This document shows positions 39,572 through 51,781 of a DNA stretch of 64,000 nucleotides, one piece after another. Each line of letters starts with the position of its first letter. Position 1 is the first letter of the stretch. The position numbers were made by a program, and so were the translations under genes. This stretch comes from Fonticula alba ATCC 38817 (taxonomy: Eukaryota > Protista > Nucleariida). Location: assembly GCA_000388065.2 (NCBI GenBank), contig KB932208.1; one strand, 5' to 3'. The notes under the pieces were generated by a model, which was not told the origin of the DNA, did no database searches, and was given only the letters and a program-made list of their open reading frames with translations.

Positions 39572-42500
39572 AAGAGGGGGGGGGGGGGCCGCGGCAACAT
39601 GTGTGGGGGTCCTTCAATTTCCNNNNNNNNNNNNNNNNNNNNNNNNNNNNNNNNNNNNNNNNNNNNNNNNNNNNNNNNNNNNNNNNNNNNNNNNNNNNNN
39701 NNNNNNNNNNNNNNNNNNNNNNNNNNNNNAGGTCGGGCAGCGGCGTGTCGCGGGGCAGCAGCAAGTGCTGGTAGCCTCCTTGGGAGGCATTCTCCCGGTG
39801 TTCGGTGGTGATGTTGGGGTGGGGGGGGGGGGGGGAGCGGGGGAGGAGGAGGAGGAAACAAGGAGCAGGAGGCAAGGCCAAGTCCAAGGACATGAAGGAC
39901 GCACGCCGAACAGGGTCTTCTCGGGGAGGGTGGCGTCCCGCAAGCAGGTGGTGATGGCATGGAGGACGGTTTCGACGATCTGGTGCTGCGACTGAGCCAG
40001 AGCCCCCCGCTCGGAGGTCAGCATGAGGATGATCTCCGATGCCTGGGCCCCGAGCGGGCCATACGCCGAGTGAAGGATCGGCTCGGAGCGCGTGTGGCTG
40101 AGAGAGCGCAACCGGGCGCGGTCCTGCTCGCGATGGAGCTGGATCAGGAAGGACACCATCAGCGGGGTGGAGCACGCTTCATTGAGCGAATGCAGCAGCA
40201 GGTCGCGTGTGGCCACGGCCACGGCGATCGGCTGGCTGGTGGCCAGAAGCGAGTGCACCGACGCAAAGAAAGACTCCTTCAGGAGACCCAGCGAGCCGTC
40301 GGTCTCCATGGCAGCCACATTCAGGGCGAGTGCCAGCTCCTGGATAGGTGCCAAGCGCGACGGGCGGCAGGGGCGAGGGCGGATGCCAAGGGAGGGAGTC
40401 AGACCACCAGAGGGGAAGAGGGGATGACCATAAAGTGGCAACGTGTCCAGCAGGGCGAGGCCCATACCTCGGCATCAAGACCAGCCGGGTCATTGGCCCA
40501 GGAGTGCACGGTGTAGGCCCAGCTCTTGGCAATGGTGGCCGCTCGAGAGGACAGGCGCCACATGGACGCGGCGGCGTAGCGGTTGAGCGCCGGCGCCGAG
40601 GTCAGGACATGGCGCACATCCGCCGGGAAGGCGCTCGACGAGGACAGCAGCGCCTTGAGGGCCGAGTGCCGGTCGGTGAAGGAGGCCAGCACACCAGAGC
40701 CATCGGCCTCCGGGGAGCCGTTCTCCCGTGGGGCATCCCCCCCGCGTGGGTGGCTCCGACTCCAAGGCGGATTCGACGCCAAGCCCAGGATGATGCGAGA
40801 CATGAGCGACGCGGCGTTCGGCAGCTGCTCCAGATCCTCGGGGAAGCGAGCGATCATGCGCGCGGCGAAAATGAGCACCGAGCAGGCATGGCTCGGCTGG
40901 GTAGGAGGGGCGAGGGGCGAGGGGCGAGGGGGGGGGGGCACGTAGGGAAAGGCGCAATGGCAGGGTTAGCCGGGGAGAAGAGGGGCCAATGCGCGGAGAG
41001 GGTGTCTTGCGCACCAGGAAGGGTGGCTTTGACAGGCAGGCCTGCTCAAAGCCGAAGGACGTCACGTCGCCACCGGCGGCGACCGACTGACCGCCGGCCG
41101 GGTCCCGAAGGAGATCTTCGAAGGAGTGTGCCTGCTGTTGGGTGGTCGAGAGGACCAGTGAGAGGACCAGCTCCAGGAGGAAAATACGGTTGAGCGTGCC
41201 ATTTGCCACTGTTCCCGAAGCTGACGGGCTCACCGGCGGCTGGGACAAAGCCTGGCCGCTTGGTGTGCTGATGATGCCAGGCGGGCTGTCCGCCTCGCTG
41301 GACATCGGCCGGTTTTGCTGAAGCGAGAAGAAAATGGGGATCTGAGGCGAGGAGCCGGTATGCTGCATGGATGGGTCCATGACCGGGTCTGCCATGGCCA
41401 AGGACAGCACCCCAAGCATCGAGCGAGGATCCGACAGGAGGAGGGCCCGCAGCCGCGGCGCTGGCATCCTACTGATGTTGGAAATGGTTGATGCTGTGTG
41501 GCTTTGCCGGTGAGCAGGCCGCGTATGCGTGCGGAAGGAGCAATAAGGTGGCAAGAGGACCCCCCCCCCCCCCCCCCCCCTTCCCCCCCCCCCCCCCCGC
41601 CCTCCTCTTCACTTTGGCCGTATCCGGCCGTGCAGCGTGCCCCGCAAGCCGGGCTGGCCGGAGAGACGCACCCGGGCAGGGGCCGCATGAGGCAATCTCA
41701 TCGGCATCCAATGGTCCGCCAAGGAGCCAGTGGTAGAGGTCCACGCGCGGGTCGGGAGTCGCGTCCGAGAAGAAGGGGTTGAACTTGATCGGTGTCCCGG
41801 AGGGGGCCTCTGAGCATCAGCGCGGAGGGGGCGAAAAAAAAATAATAATGAGGAAGCAGCCAGCCAGGGCAAACGGGGCAAGGGAAGAGGACACAGGTAA
41901 GTTGCCAGCTCCCTGGGCGGGGCACGGGCAGGGGGTGTGGGGGCATCGGCACGAACCGCAGCCAGTCAGGATATTTGAAAGATAGAAGAAGAGGGCTCCC
42001 TCGGAGGAGGTGAGGTGGGCGAACTGGGCGTCCGGGAACTGCAGGTGCTCGCCAATGGCCGGCCGCACGACCGCACCACCGCCGCCGGCTGGGTCGCCGT
42101 CCTCCGGGGCCGCTGCAGACTGCAGCTTGCCCAGACGGCGCATGCGCATGGCCAAAAATTGCGTCCAGGCATTGGCCAGGCGCTTCCAGACACTTGGCAT
42201 GGTGGACACACCGCCGCGCAGCATCATCCACCGGGCCGGAGCCACAACATCGGCCAGCAGGTCAATGGCACACAAACGGGCCAGCGCATTGTCCAGCAGG
42301 TATTGCTTCGACAGCTTGAGGGTCTCCTGCGGATCGATGCGGATGGCCAGTGGCGCGGACAGCGCCAGCAGGGCCGGCTCCAGGCGGGAGATAGATTGCG
42401 ACCGGACCAGGTGCTGGGAAAAGGCTGGGGGTTGAAGCAGCCGGGTCAGCCAGCGTCGGGGGAGCGGGGAGGGGGGGGGGGGAGGCAGGGAGGGAGGGAG

Positions 42501-45500
42501 GCAAACAGTGCGGATGCGCTTTCCTCCCCAGGGGGAGCACCAACCGGGCGCATCAGCCGGACGAGCAGGCACACATACCAGTAAAGGCGTCGGGAACCAT
42601 CCACCCACGCAGACGACCATCCAGCAAGGCAGCCTCAACGGCGTCCCAGAAGGCAGCGCGCCAGCGAACGGCCCACTCGCGCGAAGTACCCGACCCGGCC
42701 ATCTGCTGGTACTCGACATGGCCATCGGGATCATCGGAGTCGGCAATCGCGAAGAACAGCTGGCGCAGGTCCCCGAGAACGAAGGCCGCCCCAAGATGGC
42801 TGGCCTCGAGGCCGCCGTCGCTGAAGGCCAAGTGACGCGAGGCATCACCGGCGGCAGGGGACCCGCCGGGCACCGGACCGGCGGCCCGCGGGTCGGCCGC
42901 ATCCCACGCCGACAGGGCAGTGCCAACGGCCACGGTCAGAATGAAACGGATGCGGGCCTCGCGCTCGGGCTGCGCCGCCGGGGCTTGCAGACGCCGGTCC
43001 ACCCGGGCCCGATCCAGGGACAGGTTGGTGAAGGCCACCAGCAAGTCGCGCAACTCCTGGGACACCAGCCGCTGAAGGGCCTGGCTGACTGACAGCGGCG
43101 TCACCGGGGCCTGGCCCACCGGCGGGAGCTGATCATACCGCGGGAGGCCCAGGGCTCGGACCCGGCCCGCGTGCAGGGCCAGCACCAGGGTCAGCGCATC
43201 GAAGACGCGCGTTCGCCGCAGGAGCGACTGCACCCGCGACCGCCAATCCAGCGGGGTCAATGTCATCATGGACAGGTCTACGCGCGACCCGGTTGCGGGG
43301 CTGCCACTGTCGAACTCCGGACTGCTGGGACTCGAGTCGGCGCCCTCACTGGCTAGAGTCAGGTCGCCGATCAGCAGGTGGAGAGCCCCCCGGAAGGTGG
43401 TGATCACCGGCTGGTAATCGATCAGCAGGGAATTCGGCGTGCCGGGGGGCTCGCTTGGGCTCATGTGCGCCGCGTGCCCCGGCCGGAGGGAGAAGAGCAG
43501 GCTTCCCCGGGCCAGAGAGCAGGCACCGGAATACTCCAACTGGACGCGAGCCACTTGACTCGCCCGGGGAAGGATGACACCACCGTCGGAATTGGCCAGA
43601 ATGTGGCTGATGATCGGGTCGTCAACGTCATCAATGTCCAAGTGATCCTCCTCATTGCCCGCATGCCGGGGGAAGGGGATGTACTGGCGCAGGATGAGGC
43701 GCTCCTCGATGTCCATCACTCCGATCATCTGCATCGGCGAAGGGCCAGGGAAAGGGGGGGGGGGGGAGAGGGGGGGGGGGGGGGGGGGGCGGAAGAGAGA
43801 GGGACAGGCGCGCCGGCGATGGCGGAAGGAAGGGCATGAGCGTGCTGAACGGGGGGGGGGGGGGGGGGAAGGGAGAAGCATAACAATACGAAAGGAGATC
43901 GGGACGAGGCGGGGAAAGCACAGAGCGCCACGCACCGTGGAGCTGATCCACCAAGCGCCAAGGCCGATGCGCTCGCACATGCGGGCGGCCGAAATGGCGA
44001 AAGCCAGAGGCTGGCCCACCACGGGGCCCGAGCTCCCAGGAGAGGAGAGGACGGAGGAGCTGGCTGAATGCGCCTGCGGGAATTGCGCCTCCACAACGAG
44101 CAGGAGGCGTCCCCAGTTGATCACCAGCGCCGGCGGCAGTGAAGGCTCTGCCGAGGGAAGTGCCCAGGTCGCGGTCAGGAACGCCGATGGGGCGATGAAG
44201 GGCGACGAAGGGCGATGAAAGGGAGGCAGCGAAAGGGGGGCGAGAAAACACACCATCACGCCAGCGGCAGGACACCAGATTGTGGGTTTTCAGCGAATCG
44301 TCACAGAGGGATCGATCAAGCGGCGGAAGGGGGGCCTTGAAAATGACCTGGGCATTGGGCTTCAGCGCGAGGATCGTGACCTAGACAGCCATCGGGGCGA
44401 GAGCGGGGGAGGGGGGGGGGGCGGTGGATGTGTCAAAAGACCGCGATACGTGGACAGAGAAAGAGCGCCGGGGCAGGGCAGGGGGAAGGGGTGGGGGGGG
44501 GGAGGGAAAGGGCCAAAGAGCATACCCCATTGGCCGAGCAGAAGGCAAGCAGGCACATCTGCGAGGCAATCCCCCAGAGTGGATGCATCGGAGCCTGGCT
44601 CACAACCCCGGTCTGACCAAAGCCGAGCGCCGCGGCGACCAGCAACGGCCCGGTGGCGATGTGCTGCGTGGAGACCGTCCAAACAGCCACCAAGCGGCTG
44701 ATCGTGTGTACAGCACACTTGCCCGAGGCATCGGTCACCAAGATGTCATTCCCCTCATCGAGGCTGTGCTGCTCCGAGGAGAAGGGCACAAATTGCAGGT
44801 GTGTCACGGCTGGAGACAGAGCCACCGGGCCGCCCGGGCCCGACGGGCTGGCCGGCTGGGATGGGCGGAAGTCAAACGGAAAGCTGGAAAAGGCGCGCAG
44901 ACGCGAGCTCGGCGAGGCGCTCAGCTCCGAGGCGGCGGCGGCGTCGTCTTCGGCCACGGACCCGGAGCTCGGGCTGGCGGAAAGGCGAGAGGCCTGGGAG
45001 GCAGTTCGCGACCGACCGAAGACATTGATCGCCGACAGGCCCGACGAGAGACTGGACTGGCTGCTGGCCGAGGGGGAAGGGCCGGCATCGGCCACATACC
45101 CGGGAGGGATGGAGGGGCCCGGGGTGGAGGCCGGGGAACCCGACTCGCCGGTCCACCCAGGCCGAGCATTTCCCTGTGTGGCATTGGTGACTGTGGCGCC
45201 GGCTGGCGGAGTGGAGAGGGGCTGAATGGTGCGAACGGATTTCCCGGTCACCAGGTCCCAGATGATGACATGCCCGGAGCGATAGCCCGAAGCACAGCGA
45301 GGCGCGATGGCTGACGGGTCGGTGGCCGGGCCGCGCGGCGCATGCAGGGCCAGCGCAGTCACCGGGCCGTAGGATGGCGATGTGGCTGGAGCGAGGAGCG
45401 TGGCAGAAACAGTGACAGACAAAGGGAGAGAGAGAGAGAGAGAGAGGAGGGGGGGGGGTCAGGACAGGGCAGGAAGGCAGACAGGCAGTCAAAGTGACCT

Positions 45501-46990
45501 GGGCGCACCGCCGGAGCTGCCGCGTGAATGCGTCCCCGGTGTGTCCATGCCGCCGCCGAGGAGCCAGCGCTGCTGTTGCTGGAAGTCGAAGATGATGACG
45601 AAGCCATGTGCCGTGCCGATGGCAATCCATCCCGGGGCAACCTGAACCGGAGGGGGGGGGGGGGCAGGAGATGGGTTAGCACATGGGAAGGGCGGGCATG
45701 CGTGGCCCCCGGCCCGAGGAAGAAGGTGTGGGGCATACCGCCAGGGCGGTCGGCGAGCCGAGGGTGTGGCGGCGACTGGCAGCGCCGGCCCAGGAAAAGG
45801 CCCGCTGCACTGGAGACCCGGAGGCCGGGGCCCGCGTGACGCGGGCTCCGCAGAGCTGTGCGCTGATCGACCGAAGGACCCGCCGGTAGATGGGCTCCGC
45901 GGCAGAGAGTGCCGCGCGCAGAGCCCGGTCATCGAGCGATGCACACTGCCAGGATTCGGGCGCATCGGCCGATGCCAGGGCCTGGACAGACGTCATGGTG
46001 GATGCACTACCATCAACTGCCAGGGCATCCGGCGAGCGTCCAAGCGTCGGGTCCGGGTTCACCAGAGCCGCACTGAAGGAGGGCAGCAGCTGTGACTCGG
46101 ACCCGACGGAGCCAATGGTGGAAGCGGAGCGCGAGCGCCCGGGGCCCTCATGGCCGGGCTCCTCGCGGATGGACATACGCCGGGTCCGGGCAGCAATGGC
46201 CGGGGCCAGGCGCGCCGCGGCCGCATGATCGCCGATGCCCTTCTGGGAGGCAGTCGAGATGCCCAGCTGGTCGTCGATGGCCACCACCATATCCAGATCC
46301 CGGGTGTAGGAGGAAGCCATGTTGTCGATCAGGGCAGCGGTGGCGGCGGCCGAGGCCGCTGGCGCCGGGCGCCCGGCCGAGGGGGCCCGGTCCCGCGGAG
46401 CCGGCGAAGCGCCCGTGCTATCGGGGATGCCCTCGTCGGCGGGGACACCTGGCGAGGAGGGCTCGGCGACATTGCTCAAAACGGATGCCAGATCCAGATC
46501 TGCCAGGCACCGGGGTGGGGGGGGGGGGAGGGGGCACAGCAGGAGGCACAGGATATTAGTCGGAGAAAGCGACGCTAGCGACCCGCGACGTACGTGCGGG
46601 CGTGCGGGCGTGCATGTGTGTGTGTGTGTGTGATCGATGAGTGGTCCTATGAGGCCGCGAGAGAGGCACCACGACGTACCGGAGGAATTGGTGAACTGCT
46701 CACGGATGAGGATGCACGTTTGGATTTCATCCAGGAGCAGGCGCGCCTGGGACAAGTCCTCTGGCGCGGTCCGCGGCAGGCACCCGATCAGAGCCTGGAG
46801 CTCGGACTCGATGCGCGTCAGACTCTGGATGTCAACCTGCAGCGAGGCAGTCGAGCGTGAGGGAAGGTCATGCTCGGCATCTGAGTACAGTCGGACCAGG
46901 GTGACCAACTCGGGCAGCGACCGGGGGCCAGCGCGTGGGGTGTCATCTAATCCACAAATGCCGGAGAACACGACGCCAGGTGGGGAGACA
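37906..46990 (-). CDS. VPS8: VPS8, CORVET tethering subunit (WD propeller + alpha-solenoid), multi-exon; 5' end uncertain (near the gap at 47026-47048 or ATG 47131)
   Basis: LGSPTALAV|VAPGWIAIGTAHGFVIIFDFQQ, GPVTALAL..CASGYRSGHVIIWDLVTGKSVRTI, RLEPALLAL..DNALARL, LLLSDPRSMLGVLSLA, YFELMCICEPGNVCGWLK, PLEHALAITNKNGIAEASAYLL correspond in order to Vps8 family segments. Confidence 0.85.
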
Positions 46991-48649
46991 GAGAGGGACT
47001 GAGGATCAGTATGATGCATCGGCGGNNNNNNNNNNNNNNNNNNNNNNNNGGGGGGCAGGCATGGGAAACAGTGGTCGAGGGTGTCACGGACTGGACTCGA
47101 CGCCCAGGTCCCGAAAGACCGATGGTTGCATGTGTGCCTTCTCTGCCGGCGAGGGGGAGTGGGCAAGTTGCAGTTGGAAAGCACCGATGCCTGCCGGGAG
47201 CCGAAGGCCAGGAGGCAGATGTGGGAGGGGGGAAGGGAGGGAGCGACGGAGCGCCCTTTAGCCGCGTGTGGGACTCAGTGCCGAGCAGTTAATTCGGGCG
47301 CGCCAGCGAGACCCACGGGAAAGGAGCGGCAGGGAAACTCAGAGGGATGGGGGGCGGAGCAGAAGGACCCAGGCGAGGGAGGCCGAGGAGGACAAGGTGG
47401 TGGCGGTGGTGGTGGTAGTGGTGGTGGTGGTGGTGGTGGTGGCGCCGGTGCAGGGGGAGGAGAGGGATGAGGAGAGAGTCGGGGGCCAACCGGCGGGAGA
47501 GATCTGTGGGAGAAAAATCCGAGGCCTCGTGCGCTCTCGGCTGGACGGACCTGCTAGCGCGTTGGTCTTGACGGGCTCGCTGGTCGGCGGCCTGAGTCAA
47601 GGCCCACACACTCCAGCGCATTAGCTCGCCGGCGATTGATGGCATGGAGGCGGGAGTGGAAGCTAGGGGAACAGAAAAAAAAACAACAACGCCCAATACC
47701 CGTGCCCCCCAATTAGCCGGACCTCTGGCGGTGGTGGTGGTGGTGGGGGAGCCGGGCAAGCCTTCTTCCTCGGTGACGAGAACACAGAAGCAACCGGAGA
47801 GGAGGGGGCCGCTGGGCGGGGAGAATGAGCGGACAAGAAAGCTGGCATGCCGTGGAGCTGGCGGTCCGGCGCCGGAGGACGCCGATCCCCGCCGGCCGCG
47901 GTGTCACACGACAGTCAGGGCTGACATCGTCCGCATGTGATCTACGCGAGAAGAACCAACGCACTGCGCTCGGTTGCCGGGTGTGGGAGCGTCCCCAACG
48001 TGTGGGTCGCGGGGGCCCCCCCCCCCCCCCCCCCCCTGGCGTCGGGGTCCGCCTTTGGGCGCCGAGCGTGGGGCTGCCGGGGCCGGGGAGTGTAGGGCCA
48101 TTCAGTCTGGACGGGGGGAGGTCCGGCAATCCTTCCCGGTGGGTGGGTGGGTGCGGACGAACGGGTCGGCGTGAGGACAGATGGAGGAGACGTAGACACA
48201 GATGTGTGGTCTTCGCCGCGTTCCTGGTCTCAGCCACCAGGCATTCGACCACGGGTGATTCATACCTCGCGGTTTCCCGCCCCCCCCCCCCGCCCCCGCC
48301 CCCTCAGGGGTGTGGAGAAAACCCGTTCATCCCTCCTCAGCGGGGGACGAGGACGCGATCGTGCCGGTCGACGAGGCAGTTGGCCAGATCTGCGGGGGGC
48401 CCCCTTCGCGGCCAGCCCCCCTCCCGGGGCGAGGCGACCGGCGCAAGCAGGCGGGGGCGAGGGAGGGGCGCGGGGGGGGGGGGGGGGCGCATATTTCGCT
48501 GCCCGGGCTCCCATGGCCCAGGAGGGTGCTCCTCGGTTCCGGGTAGCAAGCTGCTCCCCCCCCCCCTCACCTCCCCTTCTCTCGTGCCCCCTCCCACCAC
48601 CCCCCCTTCCATCAGCTATCTGACTCGCAGCATCAACGAATCGCAGACG

Positions 48650-49560
48650 ATGCTCTCGCGGTTTTCTTCTCTTGGCCTTTCGGCGGCGGTGCGCCGTGCG
48701 CCCGCGTCCCTGCGCGCCGGGCCCGCCCGGCCGGCCCAACGGGGCCTCGCCTCGGAGGCGGCTCCCCCGCCTCCCCCCCGTGGGAACTCGGATGCCCGGC
48801 AGCGGGCCGCCCGGGAGCAGTACTACTCCTCGCATCGGCAGGCCAACATCTCGGCGCTCTACTATGCCGGCGCCGTGGGTGTGGCTGTCTGTGGCCTGTC
48901 CTACGCGGCGGTCCCGCTGTATCGGATGTTCTGCGCGGTCACCGGTTTCGGAGGGACGCCAAAGACCGGGCACAATGCCGCTGCCCCGCCGAAGCCCACT
49001 TTTGATGAGAATGCCCGTGTTGTGAAGATCCACTTCACCTCGGATGCCAGCGACAACCTTCGGTGGCGTTTCAAGCCTGTGCAGGGCACTGTATGTTAAG
49101 GACCCCCCTGGCTGCGCCTCCTTCCTCTCCCATCCCCCTGGCCACGCATTCATCGGTTGCGCCCCCTGTTGCTGACTCCAGCCTCCTCCCTTCCTCCTCT
49201 CCGGGCTGCCCCTCGGTGACGGCACGAACAATGCGATAGCTCCACCTGCGTGTGGGCGAGACGGCGCTGGCTTTCTACGAGGCTGAGAACCAATCTGGAC
49301 GCGATGCGGTTGGCATTGCCACATACAATGTCACGCCCAACAAGGCTGCCGAGTACTTCAACAAGATCCAATGCTTCTGCTTCGAGTATCAGCAGCTCCG
49401 GGCGGGCGAGCGTGTTGACATGCCGGTCTTCTTCTACATTGACCCGGAGTTCGCCAATGACCCGCGCATGAAGGACGTCGACACCATCATCCTGAGCTAC
49501 TCCTTCTTCGAGAGCAAGCAGGGGCAGGCGCTGCTCAAGCAGGCGGGCATTGCCGCATAA
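48650..49560 (+). CDS. COX11: Cytochrome c oxidase assembly copper chaperone Cox11; exons 48650-49090, 49240-49560
   Basis: Basic/hydroxylated mitochondrial presequence, TM LSYAAVPLYRMFCAVTGFGGT, GETALAFYEAEN, ATYNVTP, Cu-binding FNKIQCFCFEYQ, DMPVFFYIDPEF. Confidence 0.97.
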
Positions 49561-50731
49561 ATATACCCCGGCTGCGGTTGCCGATAGACGTACTCCTTGC
49601 CATCCCCCCCCCCCCCCCCGCTCCGCCCTTTCGCCCCCTTTCCTCCCCCCCCCCCCCCCCCCCACACCCTGGCCCCCTCCCCCGGGGCCTGACCCCCACG
49701 ATGCCCCTCCCTCGCCCTCTTTCGTGCATGGCGCCGCTCTTTTCTGACCCTGGCTCTCGTCCGGGCCCCGCCTTGGCGCCTTCACCCCCGCGTTCACCCT
49801 CCTCCCCCCCCCCTCCATCCCCCTTCGTTGCGACTGGGCACATCCACATCTGGAAGTCATCGGCCGCAAAATAAATATAGACACACCATCGCGTGACCCC
49901 CCATCTCTGTCTCCCTCTGCCTCTCTCCCTGCATCATTCCCAGCACGGGGCCAGCCCAGCTTGTCTCCGCCTTTCGTCCTTCCCCTCTGCCGGGTCACAG
50001 TGGGGCACACAACGGGAGTGGTAGAGGGATGGGATGCGAGTGCCGAAGCACACCCCCACCCCTCGCCTGTGGATCCACACACACACACACCCGCGCGCTG
50101 CATGTACGCCCGCCTCTCCTGGATGTGACTTGTGTCCTCCTCTTCGCCGACGTCTGGCCCTTTCACGTGCACATGTGCTCCGCGCGCCTCCACTGTCTCC
50201 CGTGAATACATACACAGGCCCTCGCTCGGATTTTCCTCCTCCTCACAAGTAAAACTGGCGAACCACATTGCACGGAGGGCGGCGGCGGAAGGGAGAGAGC
50301 GAGATTGGCACGAGAACCAGGGTGGGGGGGGGATAGGAAAAAAAGGAAAATATATTTAGAGAAGACCAAAGCACAACAAGGTGGTGCGCAGACACACACC
50401 CCGGCTTCAAGACGGACACATGTGGATTCTCCCTCAAGGGCGTATTGTCAACTTTGACCGCGTGAGGCATGTGTGCGCGTGAGACCCCCCACAAGGCGCG
50501 ACGGAAGGGGGTGGGGGGGGGGGGGAGCATACAGGCACATGGGGCCACAGAGAAAGGGTGGAAGAGGGAGAGATGTGTATGCTCTCTGCGTATGCCCCCC
50601 TCTCGCGCGCAGATAGGAGGGGGGAAGGGGTCGCCCGCCCGCCCGCCCGCCCACCTGCAAGAGAGAGAGAGGGAGAGGCGCTTGTGTGCTTTTCGCTTTC
50701 GTGGGACTCTCTGCGCGCGCGCGCACGCCAC

Positions 50732-51781
50732 TTAGCGGGTGGAGAACATGATGCTGAGGAACTGCTCGTACTGCATGGTGGCGTAGCCGTTCTGGTTGGT
50801 GTCCAGAGCGCGGAACTGGTCGGTGAGCATGTGCATGGCGACGCAGATCTCGACGTAGTGGTCGAAGCGGATCTCCTGGCCGTAGTGGGAGTACTTGTAG
50901 GTGAGGAGGCTGACGAAGTTGTCGGAGACGTTGTACTGCAGGGACTTGAGGACACGCTTGAGCTCCTTGAAGCTGATGGAGTGAGAGCGGTCTGCGTGGT
51001 GGCGACGGGGGCGGGAGGGGGGGGGGGGGGGGGGGGGCAGAGAGGGAGGTCAGAGCAGGAAGGGGCATTTATGGGAAGGGGGAGAAAAGGGAGATGGGGA
51101 GCGGATGAAAGTGCCAAAGAATGTACGTACTGCGGTCGCACTCGTAGAAGACGTTGGACCAGGACTGGACGTAGCCCCACAGGGTCTGGTAGGAAGGAGG
51201 AGCGGGGGNNNNNNNNNNNNNNNNNNNNNNNNNNNNNNNNNNNNNNNNNNNNNNNNNNNNNNNNNNNNNNNNNNNNNNNNNNNNNNNNNNNNNNNNNNNN
51301 NNNNNNNNNNNNNNNNNNNNNNNNNNNNNNNNNNNNNNNNNNNNNNNNNNNNNNNNNNNNNNNNNNNNNNNNNNNNNNNNNNNNNNNNNNNNNNNNNNNN
51401 NNNNNNNNNGGGGAGGGGGGCGAGGAAGAGTGTGCGGTATGCCCGCGCGAGCGCGAGCGCAAGCCCATCGCCGTACCGGACAGTGCTGATGTCGAAGGGA
51501 GCCCAGCTGCCGTTGGACAGGCAGCGCTGGAGCTCATGGGCCTCGAGCTGGCCGGAGCGGTTGGAGTCGGCGGCCGAGAAGTAGCCCCAAAGCTGGTCGT
51601 GGAGGCTCATGGCAGGAGCGGGGTAGGGCTGGTGGTGGACAACGGGCGGGGGACCGTGGTGGTGGACAACGGTGGGGGGGCCATGGTGGTGGACGACAGT
51701 GGGGGGGGGAGCCGCGGCGTGGACGTGCACGGTGCGGGTGGGCGGGCGGTGGACGGTGACCTTGACAGAAGGGCGGAACAT
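50732..51781 (-). CDS. Penta-EF-hand Ca2+-binding protein (ALG-2/PDCD6/peflin family); exons 51477-51781, [EF2 exon probably in gap 51209-51409], 51131-51185, 50732-50991
   Basis: LWGYFSAADSNRSGQLEAHELQRCLSNGSWAPFDISTVR; LWGYVQSWSNVFYECDR|NRSHSISFKELKRVLKSLQYNVSD; IRFDHYVEICVAMHMLTDQFRALDTNQNGYATMQYEQFL: PEF pattern. Confidence 0.9.
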
